From positions 1-64,000 of the forward strand of contig CAVVUS010000047.1 of NCBI GenBank assembly GCA_963751345.1: 64,000 nucleotides of DNA. The letters are read 5' to 3'. Under the pieces are notes generated by a model, which was given only the letters and a program-made list of their open reading frames with translations, was not told the origin of the DNA and made no database searches. A program made the translations under genes and the position numbers. Of the stretch, positions 1 through 8,809 are shown piece after piece (position 1 is the first letter of the stretch; each line of letters begins with the position of its first letter). This DNA comes from an uncultured Chloroflexia bacterium (lineage in GTDB: Bacteria; Chloroflexota; Anaerolineae; B4-G1; SLSP01).

Positions 1-122
1 ATGCGAAATCCCTCTTCGTCCTTCGCCCGGCACCGACGGTGTCGTGATGCGTTGCGTCGCGGCTGGTCCTCTGGTGTTCCTTTCCCTCCGATATCGGCAC
101 CGCGAATAGGATGCAGGTCCTA

Positions 123-150
123 TTGCGCATACCCCGATCGGCACTATACT
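123..150 (+). promoter_or_regulatory. Putative sigma70 promoter of the FN3-repeat gene
   Basis: TTGCGC-16nt-TATACT; AGAAAGGA RBS before ATG at 242. Confidence 0.5.
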
Positions 151-241
151 GTGCGCAGGTGAGGAGCCCTCGCCATAGCCATCCACACCGCAGCCTCGAG
201 GGCGGGTCTTGGTTTGTGATCTTCTCAAGAAAGGACCACCC

Positions 242-3200
242 ATGAAGGCATCTTGGCTCCGTCTGCTGTTGCTCGTTGTCGGTCTTGCGGCGTTTGGGTC
301 TGCTCCTGACGTCCTAGGATCGAAGCCGGCACAGTCCCGGTTCTCCTCCAGCCCGCAAACGGGATGGAGGTCACTTACCTGAGCCATCCCCCCTTGGCGC
401 TCCCGAACTTCGAGTGGACGGCGGTGGAAGGTGCCACCCAGTATGAGCTCTCGATCGCGCGTGACGTGACCTTCAATGACGACATCACGATCAAGACCGC
501 GAATACGCGCTACACGCCGGTGCGGTCCCAGTTGGACTTTTTTCTGGACTCCACGGACCAGTTTTACTGGCGTGTCAGGGTGTCCAAGCCGGCGGTGGGG
601 GAGTGGTCCAACGCCAGCATGCCCTGGACGTTCTCGAAGAAGTGGGGCACGCCCTCGGGCGACCCGCCCAATGCCCCGCAGCTCTTGAGTCCGGACAATG
701 GGGTCTCGCTGGCGTTCTTCGATGCGCCGGTCTTCTCTTGGACGCCGATCACGGGCACGGCCTCCTATCGCCTGGAGATCGCGTGGGACGTCGACTTCAC
801 GACCATCGCTCTCACGCAGAGCGGGCTGCCCTCGACGACGTTCCAGCCGCCCAGCAAGCTCAGCAACGGCACGTACTACTGGCGCGTCACGCCCTACGAC
901 GTCGCCGGTCACCCGGGAGCGACGAGCGTGACGCGGCAGTTCACGATGGCCGGGGACAAGATCCCTTTGATGCGCTACGACAGCTCGCGCCTGCAGACGG
1001 CAGCTTTCCCACCTTCACGCCGACCTTCGAGTGGGCCGCCATCGACGGTGCCCAGTTCTACAGGTTGGAGTACTCAACGGATTCCACCTTCCAATCGGGC
1101 GTGAAAAGGATCGACACGAGGTCGACGTCCTACACGCCCTATCAGTTGCCGAATGACGTCAACTACTATTGGCGCGTTCGCGCGCTCTCGGGATCTTCAC
1201 AGACGGATTGGTCAGAGGTGTGGAGCTTTGAGAAGCACTGGTACATCCAGCCCGAACTGCTGACACCAGTCTCCAGCTATCAATACACGTCGGACGCGCC
1301 GCTCTTCAGTTGGACGTCTGTTCCCGGCGCGGCCTACTACGTGCTTGAATGGGCGCGGGACCAACATTTCCTCGTCAGCCACACGTCCGTCTCGGTGATG
1401 CACACCTACTACTATCCCTACAACAGAAGTTTTGGCGCGGCCGAGACCTGGTTCTGGCGTGTGACGCCCTATCACGGGGCCGGCTACGCGGGTGCGCCGA
1501 GCACCACACGCTCGTTCACGCTCGGGGCAGGCGCCGAGCTGGTGCCCGATCAGGTGTACCCCAGCTACACCTACGAGCCCGATGCAAGGTTCAGCGTCCA
1601 CGAGCCCACAACGGCGCCGCTCCCGATCTTTGCCTGGGAGAGGGTCATCGAGGCCTTTGACTTCGTCGGTACGTACGAGCTAGAGGTCGACGATGACCCC
1701 TTGTTTGGCTCCCCGGAGTTCACAGAGACGACGGCGAACTCGACGGTCGTGCCGGACTGGACGAGGCCCTTCACGCCTCGGTAGGGACCCCAAGTATTAC
1801 TGGCGCGTGCGGTCGATCGACCGGAATGGGGCGCAGCGCGCGTGGAGCCAACGATGGCTGGCCGAGTTTGATGCTTCTCTGGGGTTGGCGCCGACCTCGG
1901 GCACGCCGCTGCAGTTGCTGCGACCGGTGAATGGTGCGCAGGGGGTCCAGGGCATCCCTCTGCTGGAGTGGTGGCCGGTGGCAAGCGCGACGTCGTACAC
2001 CGTGACGATCGCCACGGATCCCGCGATGGCGGATACTGTGGTTGTGGCGACGGCGCAGTATCCGGCGTACGCTCACACTGAGGTCCTGCCGTACGACACG
2101 TACTACTGGCAGGTGCAGGCGGCTGACGGTACGTCGCCGGTTGGGACGGCCAGCGAGGTGCGGCGGTTCGAGATCGCCGCTCAGGACCGCTGGCGCGAGG
2201 TGCAACCGTCGCCGATGGTGTCGGACACGCATACCAAGACACTCGTCGCACAGGACGGCGTCGGCGAGGGGACGCCGGACTTGGCAAATCTCTATGTCGC
2301 CAACGATGCGCTCTACTGGAATATCGGATTCGACGTGGTGACGACGGCGGTGAGCTTTGACTACATGATCTTGATCGATGTGAACCGCGCAGACGGAATG
2401 GGTGCGCCCAGTGACCCGGTGTACGGTCTCTCTGTCATCACAGCCCACCGGCCCGAATACGCCGAATTACCGACATCAGGGCGCTTACACTCCGGTGACA
2501 GGTGGCTTCAGCATAACGCAGACAGCCTTCTATGCTTACGAGTCGGGAATGTGGCTGACGCCACAGGACCTGCCGAGCATCGGGGGAAAGTCTGTACTAC
2601 ACGGACGCATCTACCTCTCCTATGGTGCTTGATGGCTTTCTGCAGGTGCGGCTGGGGCTCGGCTCGTTGGGCACTCCGGGAACCGTGGCCGTCGAGGTCG
2701 TAGCGCTGGACGGTGCCGGCGCCGTAGCGGATACGCTGCCCGCGAGCCGCGAGCCGGAGCTTGACGGCTTTGTGTCCATCTCGGAAGAGGTGATGCCGAT
2801 CTGGCCGTTCGATGGTGTTGCAGGAGACTCCACGACCTATGCCCACATCCCAGTCATGCGCCTGCACCCGCAGGTCGACGCCGAAATCCATCCGACCCAG
2901 GGCTATGCCGTGCAGATCGCACGAGACCCGGAGTTCTCCTCAATCGTGGAACAGGTTGCCAACTTCCGTTGGCCCGGCTACACGGTAGCCGCCGAGGATC
3001 TCGATAGTGACAACACATACTACTGGCGAGCGCGCGTCAAGCACGACGGTCTCGCGGGTGATCCAGGGGGGCCCGACAACTCCCATGCGTGGCGTTTTGT
3101 GAGGCAGGGGCTCGTCCCCGGCGCGCCTCAGGTCGAGATGCTCGGATCGAGCGTCACGTTCTCCTGGGACAAGGTGGAGGGGGCCGATCAATATATCCTT

Positions 3201-4027
3201 CAGTGGAGCACCGATCCGAACTTCGGCACGTCTTCCGGCGCGACCGTGCGTGCTTGGCAACATACTCCCCAGGCGTTGCTGACGCCGGCTACGTACTACT
3301 GGCGAGTTCGAGTGCGCGAATGGAGCGGAGAGCAGAACGACTGGGCAGGAGGAGGCGCGTTCACTGTCTCGTTGCCGATCCCCTCGGGCCTTGAGGTGCA
3401 GCCTGCGGGCTCGGTCGTTCCGCGAACGCCGACGCTCATATGGTCGGCGTATCTCACGCCAACCGACGTCCCGCGCTTCGCTGCTTGGAGGTACGGCGTC
3501 CAGATCTGCCGAGATGAGAACATGACGGATGGATGCCAATCTGTCGTCACCGAGCAGCACTCGTGGACCCCGCCGACCACGTTTGCGGAGGGGGCTCTCC
3601 ATTGGCGCGTACGCCTGGTCGACGGGAACGGCCACTCCGGCGAATGGACCGAGAATCCACCGGTGACAAATCTCATCACGAAGCAGTATCCGGCAGCTAA
3701 GCTGGTATCACCGGTGGGCGGCGGGCCGCTGGGAGGCACGCCTACGTTCGTGTGGGAACCCGTCAACACGATGGACGTACTACCGACGTCGAGATCAGCA
3801 AGGACGAGCTGTTCGCGACGATCTACGACCAGGTAGACACGGCGGCGACGCAGTATACGCCGCTGAAGGCCTACGACACGGCGCAGTACTACTGGCACGT
3901 CTGTGTTCGCGACAAGGATGGTAAGCAGGGACCGTGCTCGGATTCGATCATCATTCTGGACGCTTTGCCCTATCACGTGTATGACTATGGTGGTAAGGGA
4001 CTGACGAGGCTGAAGGCCAGCCGATGA
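242..4027 (+). CDS. Large secreted FN3/Ig-like repeat protein (about 10 repeats), split by several frameshifts
   Basis: Signal-peptide-like MKASWLRLLLLVVGLAAFG at 242; ORF pieces 364-1104, 603-1784, 1693-2703, 2622-3836 and 3752-4027 each carry P.F.W..V.GA..Y.LE...D..F....YYWRV modules. Confidence 0.8.
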
Positions 4028-4098
4028 CGGTTCAGTGATCTGGTGAGGGTGTGACAGCTGAGACGCGCGCACTGCCCGGGAATATGCCATTTTTCATA

Positions 4099-4127
4099 TT
4101 GCAGGAGAATGGTTATGATAGTACAAT
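4099..4127 (+). promoter_or_regulatory. Sigma70-type promoter with no convincing downstream CDS
   Basis: TTGCAG (4099-4104), 17-nt spacer, TACAAT (4122-4127) in an AT-rich island. Confidence 0.7.
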
Positions 4128-4133
4128 AGTCTT

Positions 4134-4228
4134 GGCGTGTGATAAAGAGTCCCGCCCTCTTTGATCATCACGCTGTTGGTTACCCTCCTTTCGCAGAAAC
4201 ACGCCCCGCAAGGGGCGTGTTTCTGTTT
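4134..4228 (+). ncRNA. Candidate small RNA of about 95 nt
   Basis: Promoter upstream; bulged hairpin GCGTG-TGAT-AAAGAG/CTCTTT-ATCA-CACGC with a C-rich loop; linker ACCCTCCTTT; terminator hairpin. Confidence 0.6.
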
Positions 4229-4230
4229 AT
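4194..4230. terminator. Intrinsic terminator hairpin, possibly bidirectional
   Basis: Perfect 14-bp stem CAGAAACACGCCCC-GCAA-GGGGCGTGTTTCTG followed by TTT; the zinc-ribbon gene ends just beyond it on the minus strand. Confidence 0.85.
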
Positions 4231-4242
4231 GGCGAATGACAG

Positions 4243-4943
4243 CTACCCCGCCACCAGCAACCGCCTGCAACTATCGCAATACGCCTCCTGCCCGCGCTCG
4301 ACCTTGACGCGCGTGGGACGGAGGACTTCGGTGCCGCAGATGCTGCAGGTGCCGGCCCTGAGCTGCGCGACCGGCAGGTGGCCGGTGCGCTCCCGCAGGT
4401 AGCCGTAGGTGTCGAGCATCGCCGGGCGGGATCTCGGCCGCGGTGGCCTGCCGCTCCTCCGCCAGCGCCGCGATGCAGTGTCTCCAGCTTGGCCTGCTCG
4501 GCCAGCAGCCGCGCGTGCAGTTCCTCGCGGCGCGCCTCCAGCTTGGCGACCTCGCGGGAGGCTTCTTTCGCCGCGAGGTCGGCCTCCTCGCGCTCGATCA
4601 TGGCCTCCAGCACTTCGTCCTCCAGCGCTGAGACGCGGCGCTTCAGCGACTCGAGCTCGGCCTGGAGGTCCTGCAGCTCGCGGCTGTTGGTGATCCGCCC
4701 GCTGTAGAGGTTCTGCTCCTCGCGAGAGCGCTTGACCTGCACCTGCGAGAGCTCGAACTCCAGCTCGTGCTGGGTGTGCCGGGCCGCTTCTACGGCGGCG
4801 CCGGCTTGCTGCGCCAGGCGCCGGGCCCGCGCAAGTTCTGCGTCCTCCCGGAGCTCCAGCGCGATCTCGCCTAACCGCTCCTGGTGCTCCTCCATCTCTA
4901 GGTCAATCTGCTGCAGGCGGATCAGCGCTTGGGGCCAGGGCAT
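4243..4943 (-). CDS. Coiled-coil protein with C4-type zinc ribbon (DUF164/zf-RING_7 family), one frameshift
   Basis: LIRLQQIDLE start, long coiled coil with NSRELQDLQAELESLKRR; an alternate frame supplies CSICG...CDSCRRLLVAG-stop. Confidence 0.85.
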
Positions 4944-4973
4944 GGGAGCGTCTCCTTTGGGAAGCGGTGAGAA

Positions 4974-5104
4974 AGCTGTCAGCTATCAGCGGTCAGCAAG
5001 GAGTAGGGAGTAGGAAGTAGGGAGTAGGCCTTGTAGCGCGCTCTACTTCTTACTCCTTACTCCTGCTTTTTCGCTGAGAGCTGAGAGCTGTTAGCTATCA
5101 GCTA
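4974..5104. repeat. Nested inverted heptamer repeats
   Basis: AGCTGTC/AGCTATC/AGCGGTC, then GGAGTAG-type x4, then their complements TTACTCC-type x3 and GCTGAGA-type x3. Confidence 0.85.
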
Positions 5105-5926
5105 GTCGGCCGAACCACTCTTCTTGCGATCAAGACTGCCGCGCCGACCACGAAGAGCCCGATGGCGATGACCTGGGCGGTGGCCAGGGACGGGGTGGCC
5201 ATCCAGGCGTCGGGGCGGAGGAATTCGGTGCCGAAGCGGATGACGGCGTAGCCCATCAGGTAGATCACGAGGATGTCGCCGTTGCGGAGCCGGTCGCGGA
5301 AGCGCCTCGTCGACCCAGATCAGGAGCACGCAGAGGGCCAGGCATGCCAGCGATTCGTAGAGGAAGGTCGGCTGGAAGCGCGTCGACTCCGGGTACTGCG
5401 TCAGGTCATTGAAGGGCGGGATGCGGTACTGGGGCGGGATGTTGAGGCCCCAGGGGAGGGTGGTGGGCGGGCCGTAGAGCTCGCGGTTCATGAAGTTGCC
5501 CCAGCGGCCGATGGACTGGCCCAGCGCGGCGCCGGGCGCGATGAAGTCGAGCCATTGGAGCACGTTGAGCTTGCGGATCCAGCAGAAGATGACGACGCCC
5601 AGCGCGCCGCCCGCCAGCCCGCCGTAGATGCCCAGGCCGCCGTTCCAGATGGCGAAGACCTGGAGCGGGTTCTGCTTGTAGTAGCTCCAGCCGAGCATGC
5701 CGCCCTGGGGCGACGAGAAGACGTGGTAGGCCCGCGCGCCGATGAGCGCGAGGACGATGACGACGATCAGCATGTCCCAGATCGTCTCGGGGTCCTCTCC
5801 GGCCTGATCGGCCAGGAAGGTGGCGACCCGTGCGCCGAGCAGAATCGCGGTGGCGATCAGGAAGCCGTACCAGAAGATGGTGAGCGGGCCGATGTGCAGC
5901 AGGATGGGACCAAACGGTGGTTGCAT
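5102..5926 (-). CDS. lgt: Prolipoprotein diacylglyceryl transferase, copy 1 (frameshift near the 3' end)
   Basis: WYGFLIA, IGARAYHV, GGLGIYGG, QSIGRWGNFMNRELYG, QPTFLYES. Confidence 0.9.
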   Translation of the reverse strand: MQPPFGPILLHIGPLTIFWYGFLIATAILLGARVATFLADQAGEDPETIWDMLIVVIVLALIGARAYHVFSSPQGGMLGWSYYKQNPLQVFAIWNGGLGIYGGLAGGALGVVIFCWIRKLNVLQWLDFIAPGAALGQSIGRWGNFMNRELYGPPTTLPWGLNIPPQYRIPPFNDLTQYPESTRFQPTFLYESLACLALCVLLIWVDEALPRPAPQRRHPRDLPDGLRRHPLRHRIPPPRRLDGHPVPGHRPGHRHRALRGRRGSLDRKKSGSAD

Positions 5927-6040
5927 AATGAGTTCCTCCTTCCGGAAATCAGCGTATTGCCCCATTGTACGCCGAATCGGCGGAGAGGGGTAGCGATTGA
6001 CCAACCTTGCGAAGGTTTTGCGCGTGCCGACGTCACGGCG

Positions 6041-6138
6041 GAAGACGGCCCACCGGGCCGTCTGTACAAGGTACGCAAGAGGGCCCACCGAGAGCCGTGT
6101 CTACAGCCGCAGAAGACGGCCCACCGGGCCGTCTCTAC
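6041..6138 (-). repeat. Three GTAG-type REP-like palindromes
   Basis: GAAGACGGCCCACCGGGCCGTCT(G/C)TAC at 6041 and 6112 with a degenerate copy between; same family as 31704-31798. Confidence 0.8.
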
Positions 6139-6151
6139 AAGGCAGAGGGGG

Positions 6152-6955
6152 CTAGCCGGCCGGGGCGATGCGGCGCCAGGGCCGGTAGCGGACCAGCAGG
6201 TAGACGACCGCTGCCGCGGCGAAGACGACCGCGAGCCCCTGGGCGGAGGTGTTATCCGTGCGCCAGTAGTCCATCACGAAGCGGATGATGGAATAGCCGA
6301 TGAGGTAGCCCGCGAGGAGCGTCCCCGGCTTCAGCCGGCCGCGGAACCGGTCGGCCAGCACCACCAGGCCGACGCAGAGCAGCAGGTTGGCGAGCGACTC
6401 GTAGAGGAAGTTGGGCTGGAAGCGGGTGTCGAGCGGGTAGTGGGTGAGATCGTTGTAGGGCACCACGCGGGCCTGCAGCGGGATGTCGAGACCCCAGGGC
6501 AGCGTGGTGGGCGGGCCGTAGAGCTCGTAGTTGACGAAGTTGCCCCAGCGGCCGATCGCGTGGCCCATCGCCATCCCCGGCGCGGCAAAGTCGAGCAGGC
6601 GCAGCGGCCGGATCTTGGCGAGGGCGGCGTAGCCCAGCACGCCCAGCGCCCCGCCGGCGATCGCGCCGTAGATCCGCAGCCCGCCCTGCCAGATGTAGAA
6701 GGCCTCGTCGAGGTGCTGGCGATAGTAGGCCCAATGCGGGGACACCAGCACGTATTCGACGCGCGCGCCGATGATGCCCACGATCACGGCGATCATGAGC
6801 GCATCCCAGATGCGTTCGGGGTTCTCGCCGGCGCGCTTCGCCAGGTAGGTGGCGACCTGCGCGCCCAGCAGGATGCCGGTCACCACCAGCAGGCCATACC
6901 AATGGATGGCGATCGGGCCAAGTTGGACAAGGATGGGGGATACGGGTGGGGTCAT
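6152..6955 (-). CDS. lgt: Prolipoprotein diacylglyceryl transferase, copy 2
   Basis: IHWYGLL, IGARVEYV, AIGRWGNFVNYELYG, QPNFLYES. Confidence 0.9.
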   Translation of the reverse strand: MTPPVSPILVQLGPIAIHWYGLLVVTGILLGAQVATYLAKRAGENPERIWDALMIAVIVGIIGARVEYVLVSPHWAYYRQHLDEAFYIWQGGLRIYGAIAGGALGVLGYAALAKIRPLRLLDFAAPGMAMGHAIGRWGNFVNYELYGPPTTLPWGLDIPLQARVVPYNDLTHYPLDTRFQPNFLYESLANLLLCVGLVVLADRFRGRLKPGTLLAGYLIGYSIIRFVMDYWRTDNTSAQGLAVVFAAAAVVYLLVRYRPWRRIAPAG

Positions 6956-6968
6956 GGGGCCTCCGTGT

Positions 6969-7060
6969 GAACGTTGGAACGTTGAACGTGCAACGTTGGA
7001 ACGTTCAGACGTCGTAACGTGCTAACGTTCAACGTGTCACACGTGCTAACGTGTTCAACG
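6969..7060. repeat. Degenerate AACGT(T/G) short tandem repeat
   Basis: About 11 ACGT cores at 7-9 nt spacing filling the intergenic gap. Confidence 0.85.
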
Positions 7061-7838
7061 GCTCTTCTGCTTCACATCGTCGAAGTACTCGGCGAGATAG
7101 GGGTAGCCGACGGCGATGACGCCCAGGCCGAAGAGCGCGCCGGTCAGGGTGCGCATCGCCGGGATCGTCTCGAAGGGCTCGGCCAGGAGACCGGGAAAGA
7201 ACTGCCAGAGCGCGTACGAGATCCACTGGATGCCGCCGTCGAGCATCATCGGCATGACGCCAAAGGCGAAGTAGAGCCACATCGGCAGCGCCGGCAGCTT
7301 GACGATCTTGCGCAGCGGCGCGTAGACGAGCCCCGCCACCAGCATCATCCCGTAGATGCCGACATCGCGCTCGCACATTGCCACCTTGTAGCCCGTCACG
7401 GCGTCGCCGGTGAAGCCGCGCAGCGCGTTCATCTGCAGGATCGAGATCGGTGCGTGGAGCGGGTAGGCCGCGGCCCGGCCGAAGAGAAACCACGACCGGA
7501 AGGGGTACTGGTGGCAGAAGGGCTTGTAGAAGGCGTAGAGCACGGACGCCAGCCCCGGTCGCCCGAGGTGCATCAGGACCGGCGCCAGGATCGCCCCGCC
7601 CAGGTAGAGGGCGATGACGAGGTTGAAGAGCGCCACCCAATGGCCGGGCCAGCCAATAGACGCCTCGATTGAGGCCCCTGGCCACGACGACCGTCGAGCG
7701 CCCGTCCGGCGGCTCCCGGCTGTCTCCCTCCCGGCTGCCCGGCTCGCGCGCCGCGGCGCCGTCTGCCTCGCGCAACGCGAGGCGCCGTTCTGCCTCGCGC
7801 ACGATCTCCTCTGCCGACGTTATATCCCCAGATCCCAT
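7055..7838 (-). CDS. DUF2085 membrane protein (frameshift near 7640)
   Basis: FCHQYPFRSWF and AMCERDVGIYG motifs, TM helices. Confidence 0.8.
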
Positions 7839-8581
7839 CCGATCCCCCGTGCTTCCAACCACTGTCCAATGACCGCGAAGCTATCCGTGAAGAGCACCAC
7901 GCCCACCAGGACGATCAGGACGCCGATGGCCCGGTGGATGATCACCTGGTAGGGCGCGAGGCGGCGGATCAGGCCCGTCACGCGGTCGACCAGCACCGCC
8001 GCGAGGATGAAGGGGACGCCGATGCCCACCGAATAGGCCGACAGCAGCAGCACCCCGTGCGCCACCGTGTTCTGGCTGCCGCTCAGGACGAGGATGCTCG
8101 ATAGGGCGGGCCCCACGCAGGGCGTCCACCCGGCGCCGAAGGCGAGCCCCGCCAGCAGCGACGAGGCATAGCCCCAGTCGACCCGGCGCTTGACGGAGAA
8201 CTGCGCCTGCTGGTCGAAGAGCGGGATGTGGATCAGGCCCATCAGGCTCAGGCCGAAGAGCACCATCACGATGCCGCCCACGTAGCGCAGCCAGTCGCCG
8301 CGCACCAGCCGGCCGAGCGCGCCCGCCGCGGTGCCCAGCAGGATGAAGATCAGGCTGAAGCCCACGACGAAGAAGATCGCGTGCAGCACGACGCGTGTCC
8401 GAACACGTGCGCGTGCCCGAACGCCTGCGCGTGCGCCTTCCACTTGCTCGCCCGCGCCGGCGATGGTGTAGCCGCTCAGGTAGCTGAGATAGGCGGGGAC
8501 GAGGGGCAGCACGCAGGGCGCGAGGAACGACGCGAGCCCTGCGAGAAAGGCTACCCCGATGTTGATCTGAGTCGTGAGCAT
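7820..8581 (-). CDS. ccdA: Cytochrome c biogenesis protein CcdA
   Basis: SFLAPCVLPLVPAYL and GWTPCVGPAL. Confidence 0.92.
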   Translation of the reverse strand: MLTTQINIGVAFLAGLASFLAPCVLPLVPAYLSYLSGYTIAGAGEQVEGARAGVRARARVRTRVVLHAIFFVVGFSLIFILLGTAAGALGRLVRGDWLRYVGGIVMVLFGLSLMGLIHIPLFDQQAQFSVKRRVDWGYASSLLAGLAFGAGWTPCVGPALSSILVLSGSQNTVAHGVLLLSAYSVGIGVPFILAAVLVDRVTGLIRRLAPYQVIIHRAIGVLIVLVGVVLFTDSFAVIGQWLEARGIGWDLGI

Positions 8582-8609
8582 CTGCGTATCCTTTGGTGTT
8601 GGATACGCG

Positions 8610-8618
8610 ATTATACCA
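8610..8618 (-). promoter_or_regulatory. Extended -10 promoter of ccdA
   Basis: TGGTATAAT on the minus strand about 30 nt upstream of the start. Confidence 0.65.
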
Positions 8619-8650
8619 CGGGCGGACGGGTACGAGTGACGCGTGATACG

Positions 8651-8806
8651 GGTTCGTAGTAACCGTTTATCGGTTCTGCTCGGTCGCCGCAGGGAGGCGG
8701 AACGACTGAAGTCGTTACTACGAACCTGTGCCGGCGAGGAGCCGGAACGACTGAGTCGCCCCTCCGAACCCGGATCCGCGTTCGATCCGGGTTCGTAGGG
8801 GCCGAT
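8651..8806. repeat. GTAGTAAC-type REP doublet plus an extra hairpin
   Basis: GGTTCGTAGTAACCG...CGTTACTACGAACC inverted ends with internal palindromes; near-identical copy at 54026-54117. Confidence 0.85.
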
Positions 8807-8809
8807 CGC

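Noticed and set aside
4139-4402. 87-aa plus-strand ORF after the 4099 promoter
   Set aside because: Runs through a strong terminator into the antisense of the zinc-ribbon gene, with no RBS or motif
6041-6138. Possible mini-CRISPR array
   Set aside because: Only three units, one degenerate, with gaps of about 10 nt and no cas genes; fits REP elements
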